A DNA stretch of 64,000 nucleotides from Nitrospirota bacterium (GCA_963663225.1 OY760142.1:1019740-1083739), one strand, 5' to 3'. Numbered from the stretch's first letter, positions 39,098-51,089 are shown. The notes: generated by a model not told the origin, from the sequence alone. Numbers and translations: made by a program.

Positions 39098-40960
39098 ATG
39101 ATCCAGGTTACCAATATAGAAAAATCCTACGGCAAACAAGTACTGTTCGACGGAGTAAGCTTCACCATAAATCCGCACGAACGCGTCGGCCTTGTCGGTA
39201 GGAACGGCCATGGAAAATCCACACTCTTTCGCATGATTCTGGGTGAGGAGCATCAGGATACCGGCGTGATCACGATCCCTTCGGGATATACCATTGGCCA
39301 TCTTTCCCAGCACATCCACTTCACCGGACCAACGGTGCTTCAGGAGGCCTGCCTCGCCCTCCCGCTCAATGAGGACCATGTGGATGAAACATACAAGGCA
39401 GAGGCGATTCTCCATGGGCTTGGATTCGCTTCTGATGATTTCACCAAGCCGCCTTCATCATTGTCCGGAGGATATCAGGTCCGGTTGAATCTCGCTAAGG
39501 TGCTCATCTCGGAGCCGAACCTGTTGCTTCTGGACGAACCGACGAACTACCTCGACATTGTTTCAGTCCGCTGGCTCACCAATTTTTTACGCGCATGGAG
39601 AAACGAACTCATCATCATCACGCATGACCGTGAATTCATGGACGGCGTAACGACCCATACCATGATCATTCACCGCTGTAAAATCAGGAAAATAGCCGGC
39701 GGCACGCAGAAGCTATACGATCAAATCCTTCTGGAAGAAGAAATCTACGAAAAAACGCGCCAGAACGATGAAAAAAAGCGCCGCGAAATCGAGCAATTCA
39801 TCAATCGTTTTCGCGCTCAGGCGACCAAGGCGCGGGCGGTCCAATCCCGCATTAAAGCGCTGGAAAAACACGAACAGCTTGGCAAACTGGAAGAAATCAA
39901 AAACCTTGACTTCAAATTCCGCTCGTCGCCTTTCGAAGCAAAATGGCTGATGACTATTGAAGATCTGGCTTTTTCCTTCTCTCCGGACGCTCAAAAACTC
40001 ATTGAGGGACTGTCCTTTGCCGTCGGAAAGAACGACCGCATCGCAGTCATTGGGAAAAACGGCAAGGGAAAAACAACCCTCCTGAACCTGCTGGCACAGG
40101 AGCTTTCCCCCACCGGCGGGGAGATTAAAACGCACCCCAATACAAAAATCGCCTATTTTGGCCAGACCAACATCAACCGCCTGATCCCTTCCCGTACGGC
40201 CCTCGACGAAATCATGAACGCGCACCCCGACCACAGCCATAACATTGCGCGTTCCATCTGCGGTCTCATGATGTTTGAGGGCGACAATGCGCTTAAAAAA
40301 GTCAGCGTTCTTTCCGGCGGAGAAAAAAGCCGCGTTCTGCTCGGCAAACTTCTTTTGTCCCCGGCCAACCTCCTGCTTCTCGACGAACCGACAAACCACC
40401 TTGACATGGAATCCATCGATTCTCTGATTGAAGCCATCGAGGATTTTGATGGCGCAGTCATTATTGTGACGCACAGTGAGATGATCCTGGAAGCAGTTGC
40501 GACAAAATTGATTGTGTTCGACAACGATATGGTCAGCCTTTTCGAAGGAACATATTTCGATTTTCTGGAACGGGTGGGATGGCAGGACGAAGGTGGTGTG
40601 CGTACCCGGCCTGCAAAGAAAAAAGACGCCGCTCAAAAAACAGCGAACAAAAAGGATGCAAAAAAAATAAAAACGGCCCTCATTGCCGACAAATCAAAAG
40701 CGCTCAGCGCACTCAAGAACAGAACCGCGGCCCTTGAAGCGGAAATTACGGACATTGAGCAGCGGGTGGAGCAGGACACCCAGGCGTTGCTCGATGCATC
40801 AGTAAAAGGTGAAGCCCTTGCAATCAGGCGGTTATCCCAGTCCGTCAGTGAAGACAAGGCAAAAATCGATGCGCTCTTTGCGGAGCTTGAATCCGTGACA
40901 AGTGAGCATGATGCCAAAGCAAAGGAGTTTGATCTCCAGATGCAGGAGCTCGATCGGTAA
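39098..40960 (+). CDS. ABC-F family ATP-binding protein
   Basis: Two NBDs ([37 protein letters not shown]), no TM domain, C-terminal coiled coil. Confidence 0.93.
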   Translation: MIQVTNIEKSYGKQVLFDGVSFTINPHERVGLVGRNGHGKSTLFRMILGEEHQDTGVITIPSGYTIGHLSQHIHFTGPTVLQEACLALPLNEDHVDETYKAEAILHGLGFASDDFTKPPSSLSGGYQVRLNLAKVLISEPNLLLLDEPTNYLDIVSVRWLTNFLRAWRNELIIITHDREFMDGVTTHTMIIHRCKIRKIAGGTQKLYDQILLEEEIYEKTRQNDEKKRREIEQFINRFRAQATKARAVQSRIKALEKHEQLGKLEEIKNLDFKFRSSPFEAKWLMTIEDLAFSFSPDAQKLIEGLSFAVGKNDRIAVIGKNGKGKTTLLNLLAQELSPTGGEIKTHPNTKIAYFGQTNINRLIPSRTALDEIMNAHPDHSHNIARSICGLMMFEGDNALKKVSVLSGGEKSRVLLGKLLLSPANLLLLDEPTNHLDMESIDSLIEAIEDFDGAVIIVTHSEMILEAVATKLIVFDNDMVSLFEGTYFDFLERVGWQDEGGVRTRPAKKKDAAQKTANKKDAKKIKTALIADKSKALSALKNRTAALEAEITDIEQRVEQDTQALLDASVKGEALAIRRLSQSVSEDKAKIDALFAELESVTSEHDAKAKEFDLQMQELDR

Positions 40961-40979
40961 TCTGTTTTTTACCGGCGGA

Positions 40980-42602
40980 TCAAATTTTGAACTGTTGGGC
41001 GATGGTTTGCAGCCCGGCAGAAAGCGTCGACAGCTCCGCGGACGCGCCTGCGATTTGCTCCGCTCCGGAGGACGTCTCTTTCGATGTGGCCGCGACACCG
41101 GCAATATCCGATGTAATCGTTTCCGCAACTGTCGACATTTCCTCCGTTGCCGAAGCGATCTGCTGGACCATTTCCTGCAGCTCGGTGATGCTCTTCGTGA
41201 TCAGCGCGAGCGCCGAGCCGGCCTCCCGGGACAGACTTACCCCGGACTCTACGCGCTCGAAACTGCCGTTCATGGCTGAGATAGCCCCTTCAGTCTCGTC
41301 CTGTACCGCCTTAATCATGCCGCCAATCTCCGTGGTGGCATGTGCGGACCGTTCTGCCAGTTTTCGCACTTCATCAGCGACCACGGCGAATCCTCTGCCC
41401 TCCTCGCCCGCCCGAGCGGCTTCGATTGCCGCATTCAGCGCCAACAGATTCGTTTGCTCGGCAATGGACCTGATCACTTCCAGGATTTCCCCAATCTGTT
41501 TTGATCGCCCTCCCAAAGAGGTGATGAGCCGAGAGCTTTCGGACATTGATTTTGCAATGTCCTGAACTTCCGCCACGGTTTTTATGACGATCGCCTCGCC
41601 GTCCTGCGCCGTCTTCAGCGCTTTTTCTGAAGATGTAGCGATATTTGAGGCATTTTTCGCTATGTCGACTATGGTCTGGGACATCTCCGTAGTTGACGTC
41701 GCTAGCTGTGTCACCCGTGCGGCCTGATCAGCCATTCCCTGCGATATCTGCCGGGCGTTCGAACTCAAATCTCCGCTGCCGGATGCAACGCGCTCCGCGG
41801 ACGATTGTATATTGCCGACAATTCCCTTTAATTTTCCGACCATGCCGGTCAGCATTGCGCACAATTGACCTACTTCATCTCTGCATTGTTCCGTGATGGT
41901 AACGGTAAGGTCCCCGTTTGCAACGCGTTCAGCCGCACCCGTTGCTGTTTTAAGCTGTTTTCTGATCCCAAATGTTATCCATCCGGCGAACACGCCCGAC
42001 AAGACCACGGCGCAGATTGTAAAAATAATGAGCAGCAGTATCGCTTTCTTTTCGGCCTTTTCCGCATCCGCCCCGGCCTCCTGCGTCATTTTTACTTCAT
42101 ACTGCGTCAATGCTTCTATAGCAGGCATATAGCGTTCGCGTTGAATCTTCCGGACATCAACCAGGCGGAGCTGCTTGGCTGCCTCGATTCTGTTTTCCTT
42201 CATCAACTGGATGAACGTTCTCATCGCATCGTCATACTCTTTTTTCGCAGGCGTGAATGCTTCATATAATTTTTTCCCTTCTGGGGTATCCGCACCTGCG
42301 CTCAGCTTTTCAATATTTATGTCTATATCCTGCATCGCTTTCTCGATCCGGACAAGGTCTTTTTGCACCTCCGCCTTGTCGTTCAGCAAAAAAACGCCGA
42401 ATGAAGACCGGGCAATGATGTTTGTTTTATCAAGGGTGTTGTTCGCAAGCACCGCACGCGAAAAATGATTGTTCGTAATGTCCTTCAGACAGGTGCCGAT
42501 ATTCCGGTACCCGTGGATGCTGATCCCGACAATGGCGAACATTATCAGAATAACAAGCCCGAACCCGATGATAAGCCTGGCACAGATTTTTAAATTCTTC
42601 AT
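40980..42602 (-). CDS. Methyl-accepting chemotaxis protein (four-helix sensor, HAMP, MA)
   Basis: [40 protein letters not shown]; two TM segments; GGAG before ATG 42602. Confidence 0.95.
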   Translation of the reverse strand: MKNLKICARLIIGFGLVILIMFAIVGISIHGYRNIGTCLKDITNNHFSRAVLANNTLDKTNIIARSSFGVFLLNDKAEVQKDLVRIEKAMQDIDINIEKLSAGADTPEGKKLYEAFTPAKKEYDDAMRTFIQLMKENRIEAAKQLRLVDVRKIQRERYMPAIEALTQYEVKMTQEAGADAEKAEKKAILLLIIFTICAVVLSGVFAGWITFGIRKQLKTATGAAERVANGDLTVTITEQCRDEVGQLCAMLTGMVGKLKGIVGNIQSSAERVASGSGDLSSNARQISQGMADQAARVTQLATSTTEMSQTIVDIAKNASNIATSSEKALKTAQDGEAIVIKTVAEVQDIAKSMSESSRLITSLGGRSKQIGEILEVIRSIAEQTNLLALNAAIEAARAGEEGRGFAVVADEVRKLAERSAHATTEIGGMIKAVQDETEGAISAMNGSFERVESGVSLSREAGSALALITKSITELQEMVQQIASATEEMSTVAETITSDIAGVAATSKETSSGAEQIAGASAELSTLSAGLQTIAQQFKI

Positions 42603-42885
42603 GGACACTCCTCCGCGTTGCCGAACGCTTCTTATCATTAATCCGAACATCAGACGCTGTCTTTCTTGTCGGCTCTTTTGTTGCAAACTTTAGCAACCTG
42701 CATGCAAGTATGCATACTGCGGAGAAGTTTCCTGCAAATCGACGCATAGTACCATAGTAAGAGAACTTTATTATTTCAGTCGAAACGAGAAGAGAAAAAA
42801 AGAAGGTTGCCTGCACTGCACTGAAGATCAAGGGCAGACAGCAGAAGGAATGTATTGCAGAAATTGCTTTATCAAAATCGCATCA

Positions 42886-43200
42886 TCACTTAATGTACGA
42901 GCAGCAGTAGTCTGTCACCACCTTCACTTTGAGCTGAAACTTTGCGTCCGCCGGAACTTCAAAGGACTGGCCGCTTTTGATCGTTATCCAGTTTTTTTCA
43001 CCGGGCAACAGCACATCAAGCTCTCCTGACATGATTTCCATGAGTTCTTTTTCTTTTGTACCGAACTCGTATTCTCCCGGAAGCATTATTCCGAGTGTTT
43101 TCCGGGAACCATCGGGGAAAAGTACTGTTCTGCTCACGACGTTACCGTTAAAATAAATGTTTGCTTCCCGCACTATTGAGACATTCCTGAACTCCGACAT
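42886..43200 (-). CDS. ppnP: Pyrimidine/purine nucleoside phosphorylase (DUF1255)
   Basis: [54 protein letters not shown]. Confidence 0.92.
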   Translation of the reverse strand: MSEFRNVSIVREANIYFNGNVVSRTVLFPDGSRKTLGIMLPGEYEFGTKEKELMEIMSGELDVLLPGEKNWITIKSGQSFEVPADAKFQLKVKVVTDYCCSYIK

Positions 43201-44059
43201 CGTTCCTCCTTATAAAAAAACTATTTAAGTAAAAACCGAATCAATTATCCAAGTGGCAGCAGTTGTATTTTTAATAAATCCAGCTGACTACTGATCGTAT
43301 CGTAGCACATATGTTTTCACAAAACAATCTTGTACTCAAAAGGTACTATAAAAATCGTGCATACAAAATACGAATATTTTTAATTCGCAGTGATGTTCTT
43401 CCTTGAAAAGTCTAAAGACTTTTGCTAGACTTTGAAACAATGTGTAATTAATACAATCATCATTCATGGCACTTCTGGAAATATACCCTGCGAGAAAAGC
43501 GCCATGCAAGTGTGAAGAGACCACGGATGCCGCTTCGACACAAGAGGTGTCGTATGGCGAAGTTCAAAAATAACGGCGATTCCCAAAACAGTATTCTTTC
43601 AAAAAAAATCCTCCTGCAAATCCATCCCTGCGTCCCTGACTTTTCTGCGCAGTCTCTCACCAACAACGCAACAATTTCTCTCGTCTCCAAATTCGGCATC
43701 AAATCAATCACCAACCGCACTTCCTCATACGGTCCGCAATTTTATTATACAAGCTGCCAGCTTCTTTTTCTTATAAAATAGTTTTTTCAGGATCAGCTCC
43801 TGCAGCGGACCTGAAATATACGGGTTGCTGCCGTCTTTCGCCGTCTGCATTTAAAAAAGGAAAAGGAGGTGGTAGACAAACAATACTTAACAAGCATATA
43901 CAATTGGAAGGAGGTGAAAATAACTGCTGATTTAAAGGCGCAGCACTATTCACTGCATGTTTACTCGAATTGCGCCGTCTGTTGGCAAGGCTTGATCTTG
44001 GTATAGTGCCAGGTCAGGTGAATTGTGCGTTTAACAACTTTGCCGATAAGGAGGTAATA

Positions 44060-45538
44060 ATGAGTGAACAAGAAAAGAAAGACACGAGTCAGCAAACCTG
44101 TCCCGGTGGCGAGGGTCCCGCATTTCCCGTGACCGACATGCCTGAATCGAAGTGGGGAAAGATGACGAACAAAGAGCTCTTCTTCGCGATGGGACCGGCC
44201 GTCATCGCATTAGGCGGTTCGATTGGCGGCGGAGAATGGCTCATTGGTCCTTCACTTTTCGTTAAATACGGGCTCGTGCTTCTCTGGGTCACTACTGTTT
44301 CAACCACTCTTCAGACCTTCTTGAATCTGGAGATGACACGATATACTCTGGTCACCGGCGAACCGATCACAATCGGGTTCATGCGACTGAAACCAGGCAA
44401 GGCATTCTGGGGCTGGCTCTTCACGATTGCCGGGTTCATCGAACGTGCCATGCCGGGCTGGGCGCTTGCCTGCGCCACGGCAGTCGCCGCGATGCAGTTG
44501 GGCAGGATTCCCGCTCTTGCGGATAAGCCAGTTGTCATCTTCTGGGCATACTTTATTTTTATCGGGCTCGGCATACTGTTGTCCATCGGTGGCAAGGTCG
44601 AGAAGATACTGGAGTATGTACACTGGGCTATGTGCGCGGGCATCATTGGCGGTCTCATTTTGCTCGACGCTTTCCTGGCGCCTGCAACCACCTGGGGCGA
44701 GGCGCTGGTCGGTTATTTCAGTTTTGGAGTCATGCCGCCGGGGGTCGACATTCTTTTGTTCGGCGCGCTGGTCGGTTACTCCGCTTATGGCGGATTCGGC
44801 AATAACTGCCTGACGAACTGGTATAGAGACAAGGGCTACGGGATGTCCGCAAAGATCGGTTACATTGCCAGCGCCATCGGCGGCAAAGACGTTCATGTTT
44901 CTCCGTCCGGGAATATGCCCGCCCCAACCGCGGAGAACGTCGCACATTTTAAGGGATGGTGGAAACTCCTCAGTTTTGACCAATGGGCCATATTCTGGGT
45001 GGGAGGCATGCTTGGGATGGCCTTGCCCGGCATCCTTTACGTATGTCAGGTTCCGCAGGGGACGTCCCTCCCGAGCTGGGGCATCGCAGTCGCTGCGGCG
45101 CAGCATTTTGGAACCCTTGGCCTTTACATGATTGCCGGGATGGGGTTCTGGATCCTGTTTTCGAGTGCCATGAGCAATCTGGATCTGGTGCCGCGGCAAT
45201 GCACCGACATGTTGTGGTACTCGTCACCAGGCATCCGCAAGTTGGCCAAGAACGATATCCGCAAAGTCTACTATGGTTTGTTGGTTGCAGTGCTTGTGTG
45301 GGGCACAATTTACGTGAACATAACCCTGCCGATTATCATCCTCGCAATCAGCGCCAACGTCGCCAACTTTACGATGGCTATATCAGCAATAATGACGGTC
45401 ATCGTCAATCGAAAATTCCTGGCCAAGGAATTCCGTCCGTCGATCTGGCGTGAAATCATTATGATTGCCAGTATGCTTTTCTTCGGGTTCTTTTTCTTGC
45501 TGTTTATTCTGACCCAGTTCTTTGGTGTCAAGTTTTAG
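44060..45538 (+). CDS. APC/Nramp-like superfamily secondary transporter
   Basis: About 11-12 hydrophobic segments; GPAVIALGGSIGGGEWLIGP; LQTFLNLEMTRYTLVTGE; AAGGAGGT before ATG 44060. Confidence 0.8.
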   Translation: MSEQEKKDTSQQTCPGGEGPAFPVTDMPESKWGKMTNKELFFAMGPAVIALGGSIGGGEWLIGPSLFVKYGLVLLWVTTVSTTLQTFLNLEMTRYTLVTGEPITIGFMRLKPGKAFWGWLFTIAGFIERAMPGWALACATAVAAMQLGRIPALADKPVVIFWAYFIFIGLGILLSIGGKVEKILEYVHWAMCAGIIGGLILLDAFLAPATTWGEALVGYFSFGVMPPGVDILLFGALVGYSAYGGFGNNCLTNWYRDKGYGMSAKIGYIASAIGGKDVHVSPSGNMPAPTAENVAHFKGWWKLLSFDQWAIFWVGGMLGMALPGILYVCQVPQGTSLPSWGIAVAAAQHFGTLGLYMIAGMGFWILFSSAMSNLDLVPRQCTDMLWYSSPGIRKLAKNDIRKVYYGLLVAVLVWGTIYVNITLPIIILAISANVANFTMAISAIMTVIVNRKFLAKEFRPSIWREIIMIASMLFFGFFFLLFILTQFFGVKF

Positions 45539-45571
45539 GCGGAACGCGGTGTGCAGCATACGTAAAAAATT

Positions 45572-45602
45572 AACCCCCCACCTGTTTCCGGGTGAGGGGT
45601 TT
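45572..45602. terminator. Probable terminator hairpin between convergent genes
   Basis: AACCCC-C-CACC...GGTG-A-GGGGTT with A/T-rich flanks. Confidence 0.6.
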
Positions 45603-45681
45603 CATTTGGTCACGCAGCGATGGAATTATTTAAAAAAAGTACGTCGGCCGAACTGAAACAACCGCTTCGTTTTTTTACGAT

Positions 45682-47364
45682 TTACCGGGTCAAACGGCGA
45701 TATTTGATCCGGTGCGGCTGATCTGCTTCAGCGCCAAGCCGCGTCTTGCGATCAGCTTCGTACTCGGTGTAATTCCCGTCGAAGAAGACCACTTTGCTGT
45801 CGCCTTCGAACGCGAGAATGTGTGTGGCAATCCTGTCCAGGAACCACCGGTCATGGCTGATGACCACGGCGCAGCCCGCGAAGTTTTCGAGCGCCTCCTC
45901 AAGGGCCCGCATGGTGTTCACGTCCAGATCGTTTGTCGGCTCGTCCAGAAGCAGCACGTTCGCTTCTTCTTTCAGCATGCGGGCAAGGTGTACACGGTTC
46001 CGTTCGCCGCCGGAAAGCACACCCACCTTCTTTTGCTGGTCCGTGCCTGAAAAGTTGAAGCGGGCGACATAGGCGCGGGAATTCACGAGCTGTTTGCCGA
46101 GCTGCACCTGATCCTGCCCGTCGGTGATCACCTGCCAGATCGTCTTGCTGGGATCGAGCGCTTCCCTGCTCTGGTCGACATACGCGAGTTTTACGGTTTC
46201 TCCGATTTTGACCGTGCCTGCATCCGCTTTTTCCTGGCCGGTGATCATACGGAAGAGCGTCGTCTTGCCCGCGCCGTTCGGACCGATCACGCCGACGATG
46301 CCGCCCGGCGGCAGCATGAAGCTCATGTTCTCAACCAGGATATTGTCGCCGTAGGCTTTTGTCACGTTCTCTGCTTCGATCACGACCTTTCCAAGACGCG
46401 GTCCCGGCGGAATATAGATCTCCAGTTCTTTTGCGCGTTTTTCGCCCTGCTGGCCGAGCAAAGCTTCGTACGAATTAATGCGCGCTTTTGCCTTCGCATG
46501 CCTGCCTTTGGGAGACATTCTGATCCATTCGAGTTCCCGCTGGAGGGTCTTCTGACGGTCGCTTTCCGTTTTCTCCTCCTGTTTCAAACGCTCCTGTTTC
46601 TGCTCAAGCCATGACGAATAATTTCCTTTCCAGGGAATGCCCTGGCCCCGGTCAAGTTCGAGTATCCAGCCTGCGACATTGTCGAGAAAATACCGGTCAT
46701 GCGTGACGGCAATCACCGTGCCTTCGTACTGCTGCAGATGGTGTTCCAGCCAGGCCACGGACTCCGCATCCAGATGGTTTGTGGGTTCATCCAGCAGAAG
46801 GATGTCCGGTTTCTGGAGCAGCAGCCGGCAGAGCGCCACGCGCCGCCGCTCTCCGCCGGAAAGGACCTTCACCGGAGTGTCTCCTGCTGGACACCGCAGC
46901 GCGTCCATCGCCAGATCGAGCCTGCTGTCGAGGTCCCAGGCGTCGGCATGATCTATCTTTTCCTGCACCGCCCCCTGACGTTCGATCAGCTTCTGCATCT
47001 CGTCGTCGTTCATAGGTTCGCTGAACTTCGCGGAAATTGCATTGTACTCGTTTACGAGGTCCACGATTTCCTGCACGCCCTGTTCTACGATCTGACGGAC
47101 GGTCTTGTTGTTGTCAAGCGCTGGCTCCTGTTCGAGAAAACCAACGGTATATCCGGGAGAAAGCACCGCTTCCCCCACAAATTCCTTGTCCACGCCCGCC
47201 ATGATGCGCAGGAGCGAGCTTTTTCCGGAACCGTTCAGGCCCAGCACGCCGATTTTTGCGCCATAAAAATAGGAAAGATAAATATCCTTCAACACCGGTT
47301 TCTTGTCATAAAACTTGCCCACTCCCACCATGGAGTAGATGATTTTGTTCGGCTCATTTGCCAT
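45682..47364 (-). CDS. ettA: Energy-dependent translational throttle protein EttA
   Basis: [72 protein letters not shown]. Confidence 0.95.
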   Translation of the reverse strand: MANEPNKIIYSMVGVGKFYDKKPVLKDIYLSYFYGAKIGVLGLNGSGKSSLLRIMAGVDKEFVGEAVLSPGYTVGFLEQEPALDNNKTVRQIVEQGVQEIVDLVNEYNAISAKFSEPMNDDEMQKLIERQGAVQEKIDHADAWDLDSRLDLAMDALRCPAGDTPVKVLSGGERRRVALCRLLLQKPDILLLDEPTNHLDAESVAWLEHHLQQYEGTVIAVTHDRYFLDNVAGWILELDRGQGIPWKGNYSSWLEQKQERLKQEEKTESDRQKTLQRELEWIRMSPKGRHAKAKARINSYEALLGQQGEKRAKELEIYIPPGPRLGKVVIEAENVTKAYGDNILVENMSFMLPPGGIVGVIGPNGAGKTTLFRMITGQEKADAGTVKIGETVKLAYVDQSREALDPSKTIWQVITDGQDQVQLGKQLVNSRAYVARFNFSGTDQQKKVGVLSGGERNRVHLARMLKEEANVLLLDEPTNDLDVNTMRALEEALENFAGCAVVISHDRWFLDRIATHILAFEGDSKVVFFDGNYTEYEADRKTRLGAEADQPHRIKYRRLTR

Positions 47365-47482
47365 GAATTCTGTGATCCTTCCGTATAAAAGTAGGCCTTG
47401 TTGTACTCTGATTGCCGCCTTGTGTCAACAGAAAAGAATACCTGTCACGCCCGCAAATCGCGCATCAGCACGGCTGGACAAA

Positions 47483-48241
47483 TTACCCCGTGTGCATGCG
47501 CCCATCATATTTCATCCCGCACACAGGACAAGCGGGATCTTTTCTGGTTTTGAACCTGTGGAAACCTCCCGTCACGCCCTCCCATACCAGCAGTTCACCT
47601 CTCAGCGAAGAGCCCTTCCCCGCGATATAGTTGATGGCCTCAAGCGCCTGCAGGGAACCGACGACCCCCGCCGCGGCACCCAGCACCGGAGAAACTTCGG
47701 TCGGCGGCGCCTCAGGAAAAATACAGGACAGGCAAGGCGTCTCCGGGGATTGGATGACGGTAAGTCTTCCCTCCATGCCCCGGATACTGCCGAACACAAA
47801 AGGGATTTTTTTCCGGATAGAGCACTCGTTCAGAAGATAGCGGGTCTCAAAATTGTCCAAACAATCGATGATGATATCGGAGTCTTTCACCAGTTCGTCG
47901 ACATTGTCCCTGATGATTTTTACCGGAAGCGGCGTGATCGTAATCTCGGGGTTGAGGCATTCGAGCGTCTTCTTCCCGGAGACCGCCTTATTCACGCCGA
48001 TCCGGGTATGGTCATGCAATGTCTGCCGGTTGAGGTTCGAAAGTTCTACGGCGTCATAATCGCAGATCCTGATATTCCCCACTCCGGCGGCGGTCAGATA
48101 CATTGATGCCGGCGATCCGAGACCGCCGACCCCGGCCACAAATACCGTGGAGGCCTTGAGCCTGCGCTGTGCGCCTTCCCCCCAGCCTTCCATGATCATC
48201 TGCCTGTTGTATCGTTTTTGCTCTGCCTCAGAAAGTTTCAC
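47483..48241 (-). CDS. HesA/MoeB/ThiF family adenylyltransferase
   Basis: RYNRQM, VAGVGGLGSP, DAVELSNLNRQ, DCLDNF, PCLSC, CPVC; GTG start after GAGG. Confidence 0.93.
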   Translation of the reverse strand: MKLSEAEQKRYNRQMIMEGWGEGAQRRLKASTVFVAGVGGLGSPASMYLTAAGVGNIRICDYDAVELSNLNRQTLHDHTRIGVNKAVSGKKTLECLNPEITITPLPVKIIRDNVDELVKDSDIIIDCLDNFETRYLLNECSIRKKIPFVFGSIRGMEGRLTVIQSPETPCLSCIFPEAPPTEVSPVLGAAAGVVGSLQALEAINYIAGKGSSLRGELLVWEGVTGGFHRFKTRKDPACPVCGMKYDGRMHTG

Positions 48242-48280
48242 ACAATTACCTCTGCTGTTCAACTGCTGCGTGGTAAAAAA

Positions 48281-49150
48281 CTATTTCAACCGCGCACGCG
48301 CTTTCCGGATCATCATATCCGGAACATAGGATGATTTGAATATCCGCAGGTTCTCCTTGTCAAGGTCCTGTTCCAGATTCAGGTATTTGTATTTCGGCGG
48401 CAGTATCTTCGCAAAATTGTTGAACAAGTACTGATACACCCCTTTGAACTTTGTTCTGGCCTTCGCAAAATGCAGCACGAAAGTCTCTTCATTCAACTCC
48501 TCGCCCAGCACAAACCCAGCCGGCTCATCATCCGCGTAGTAGATGCCGCCGCAGAGGACCAGTTCTTCGTACCGGTCAAGCGACTCAAGACAGGGGGCGT
48601 AATCGGTTTCCTCCGGCGCCGACTCCGATGTCTTCAGCCAGTCATCCAGAACGAAACGCGCGTCGCCCAGACGGTCATTCGTAAGCGGACGAGCATCGTG
48701 CCGGTACGCTTCGAGAAATTGCTTCAGCAGGTTTCTTTTCTTATGAAGGTGGCGTCCGGCGTAGCTGCTCATTTTCGCGACGGTGTATACGTAATCAGCG
48801 TCGCCCTCTGCAAAGGTTATTTCGAATTCGCGCGGATCGAACAGGGAAAGCCTGTCTTCCGGTACGGGAAATAAAAAGTCAACGCCCTGCATCATTTTCT
48901 TAAGATAAGCACTATCCATTTCCCGAATGTCTCGTGTGGGCATGAGATAGGCATGTCCGTCGTAAGACCGGCCCCTGATGAAAATATCGTCGTCAAACAA
49001 CACTTCGTATTTGTGATTTTTTCGAAAGAGATACAGGTTTGCAAACGTATATTCCGACACTCCGGTTACGACAGCTTTGAAGCGAGGCATAAGCAGCTCT
49101 TTGTGTTCTATACCCAGTTTTTCGATCCGCATAGAATGTCCGTTTTGCAT
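48281..49150 (-). CDS. Stand-alone DUF2156 (MprF/aaPG synthase catalytic-domain-like) protein
   Basis: SEYTFANLY, DYVY...YAGRHLHKKRN, LHFAKA, GVYQY, NLEQDL...LRIFKSSY; no membrane flippase domain. Start may be ATG 49132. Confidence 0.85.
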   Translation of the reverse strand: MQNGHSMRIEKLGIEHKELLMPRFKAVVTGVSEYTFANLYLFRKNHKYEVLFDDDIFIRGRSYDGHAYLMPTRDIREMDSAYLKKMMQGVDFLFPVPEDRLSLFDPREFEITFAEGDADYVYTVAKMSSYAGRHLHKKRNLLKQFLEAYRHDARPLTNDRLGDARFVLDDWLKTSESAPEETDYAPCLESLDRYEELVLCGGIYYADDEPAGFVLGEELNEETFVLHFAKARTKFKGVYQYLFNNFAKILPPKYKYLNLEQDLDKENLRIFKSSYVPDMMIRKARARLK

Positions 49151-49153
49151 GAA

Positions 49154-49972
49154 TCAGCTGTTGGATTCGTAATGTTCATCATGAATATAGTGGATGATCT
49201 CCCAGGAGGTTTCTTCAATGGATTTGTTCGTGGTATCAATCATTTTCCAGCTCCGGTTTTTTCTGAGAAGACCCCAGATGTGCTCAACCTCGGCGAATAT
49301 TTTCTTGAAATCACTGTAGCTGTGTTCAAGATTGGAGTGCTTTTGGCGCACCTGCCTCACTTTTTGGAGGACCTCAGGGTCCATGTTGAGGCAAATGACC
49401 CTGCGCTGGTCGATTTTGAACAACTCCTCCGGCAGAGGAATGTCCGGCACCACCGGTATATTTGCCACCTTAAAGCCTTCCTGGGCAAGGTAGAATGACG
49501 TGGGCGTCTTTGAGGTCCGGGAGAGCCCGAGGATGACGACATCAGCCGCGTTCAGACCCTCCGTTCTCTTCCCGTCATCGTGCTGCAGGGTATACTCGAT
49601 TGCATCAATCCGCTTAAAATAGCGTTCGTCAACTTTTCTGAGCAGCATCGGATTTTCCAGCGGTTCCTGCTGCAGATAGGAGGCGAGCGTATGGATGAGC
49701 GGGCCCAGAATATCAAGATGGAACATTTTGTGCTTTGCGCAATAGGCGATTGTATGGTCCCGCATTTCCTTTTTCACAAATGTGAACGCGATCAGCGCCC
49801 GTGCGGATTTTGCCTGGTCGAGAATCTCCTGCAGGTCGTCTACCGAATCAATATTATGAAAAAGCGACATTTTTGCCCGGGCGCGGTTGAACTGCACGAT
49901 GGCGGCCCGCATAATGTGGAGACCGCTCTGACCGGTTGCATCGGAAATAATATAGATCTTTTTTATGGCCAT
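49154..49972 (-). CDS. ppsR: PEP synthase / pyruvate-phosphate dikinase regulatory protein (kinase/pyrophosphorylase, DUF299)
   Basis: IISDATGQSG, YFKRIDAIEYTLQHDDGK, GLSRTSKTP, KVANIP, DTTNKSIEE. Confidence 0.92.
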   Translation of the reverse strand: MAIKKIYIISDATGQSGLHIMRAAIVQFNRARAKMSLFHNIDSVDDLQEILDQAKSARALIAFTFVKKEMRDHTIAYCAKHKMFHLDILGPLIHTLASYLQQEPLENPMLLRKVDERYFKRIDAIEYTLQHDDGKRTEGLNAADVVILGLSRTSKTPTSFYLAQEGFKVANIPVVPDIPLPEELFKIDQRRVICLNMDPEVLQKVRQVRQKHSNLEHSYSDFKKIFAEVEHIWGLLRKNRSWKMIDTTNKSIEETSWEIIHYIHDEHYESNS

Positions 49973-50255
49973 GATGGTCCTCCTTGCCGTGCTTCGGGAA
50001 GCATGCATCCGCGGAAAGACGCCCTGCTCACCGGAAGGCAAATCTGAAATATTACTGGGTTTTTTTACGCTTGCCCTGACGATATATTGACGATAACAAA
50101 ACAAAAATAGACTGTCAATTATAAAGTACCATCCTAGCGATCGAACCGCGACCACATGGCCAATGTCCGCCCCTTCCACTCAGCTTCAGCGTCGCGCTGA
50201 AGCTCCGCGCAGAAAACCAACCTCCTGTGATGCGTTTTTGTGCTATGTTTTATGC

Positions 50256-51089
50256 ATGTACAAAAAAGTGCTCGCCGCAGTCAATGAACACTTGAATTCC
50301 GAGGTATCGGCCCGCTACGCGCTGCATCTGGCTAAAGCCGCAAATGCCCGGATTTACTTCTGCTCTATCGCAGAAAACAGCCTGAACGACAAAAATTTCG
50401 GTGCTGCCGAGGAAGCGGTCAAACGGTTGGCCGCACGCGCGGGCGAATTAGGACTCAAACCGAGCTGCATTCTTGAGACGGGCAACCCCGTCGAGCAAAT
50501 CAAAAAGATAGTGGTCCGGGAGGAAATCGACGTCGTTTTTGCCGCAACGCGCAGAGAAGATTTGAAACGGCGGTTTTATGCGCGGACCATGGCAAGACAG
50601 TTGTCACTCGCCCTTCCGTGTTCCGTTGCGCTTGTGCGGGTAGCGCATCTCGGCCGTGCACATCCCAGGACCATTCTTGTTCCACTCAAGGCGCGCATCG
50701 ACCATATTGCTGAACGCGCGGCCTTCACGGGTCTCATGGCAGGCGCTTTCGCTTCACGGGTCTCTCTTCTGCATGCTCCAAAACCGCTGAAGCGTTTTTT
50801 TCATGGAGAAATTCATTTAACGCCCGTGGAATGGGAGGAACGATTGCCGCCTGATATCAGCCGGTTCATCGATTCGCTCAGTCATTATCATGTTTCTCAT
50901 GAAAAAAAACTCACCTCGGGTATCGCAGGCAGAAACATTGCAATCGAGGCCGCCGTCAAACGCCATGACCTTATTATTATGGGCGCGAGCATGAGGAGCT
51001 TGTGGAGCTCCCTGTTCCGGGGTAATCCCGTTGAACAAGTCCTCCGGAATACCCCCTGCAATCTTATTATTTTGAAACCAGCAAAGTAG
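50256..51089 (+). CDS. Tandem universal stress protein
   Basis: YKKVLAAVN...GNPVEQI; second domain ends HDLIIMGA...GNPVEQVLRNTPCNLIILK. Confidence 0.88.
   Translation: MYKKVLAAVNEHLNSEVSARYALHLAKAANARIYFCSIAENSLNDKNFGAAEEAVKRLAARAGELGLKPSCILETGNPVEQIKKIVVREEIDVVFAATRREDLKRRFYARTMARQLSLALPCSVALVRVAHLGRAHPRTILVPLKARIDHIAERAAFTGLMAGAFASRVSLLHAPKPLKRFFHGEIHLTPVEWEERLPPDISRFIDSLSHYHVSHEKKLTSGIAGRNIAIEAAVKRHDLIIMGASMRSLWSSLFRGNPVEQVLRNTPCNLIILKPAK

Noticed and set aside
42692-42707. Sigma54 promoter for the MCP gene (minus strand TTGCAT-N5-TTGCT)
   Set aside because: The invariant -24 GG is TG here.
43336-43781. Short ORFs in the long intergenic region (43336-43524, 43460-43720, 43512-43781)
   Set aside because: Mutually overlapping, no RBS and no recognisable motifs.
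39098-47364. Two ABC-F genes close together as a resistance cluster
   Set aside because: One is plainly EttA and the other looks like a housekeeping ABC-F. They are on opposite strands, separated by unrelated genes, with no leader-peptide attenuator seen.
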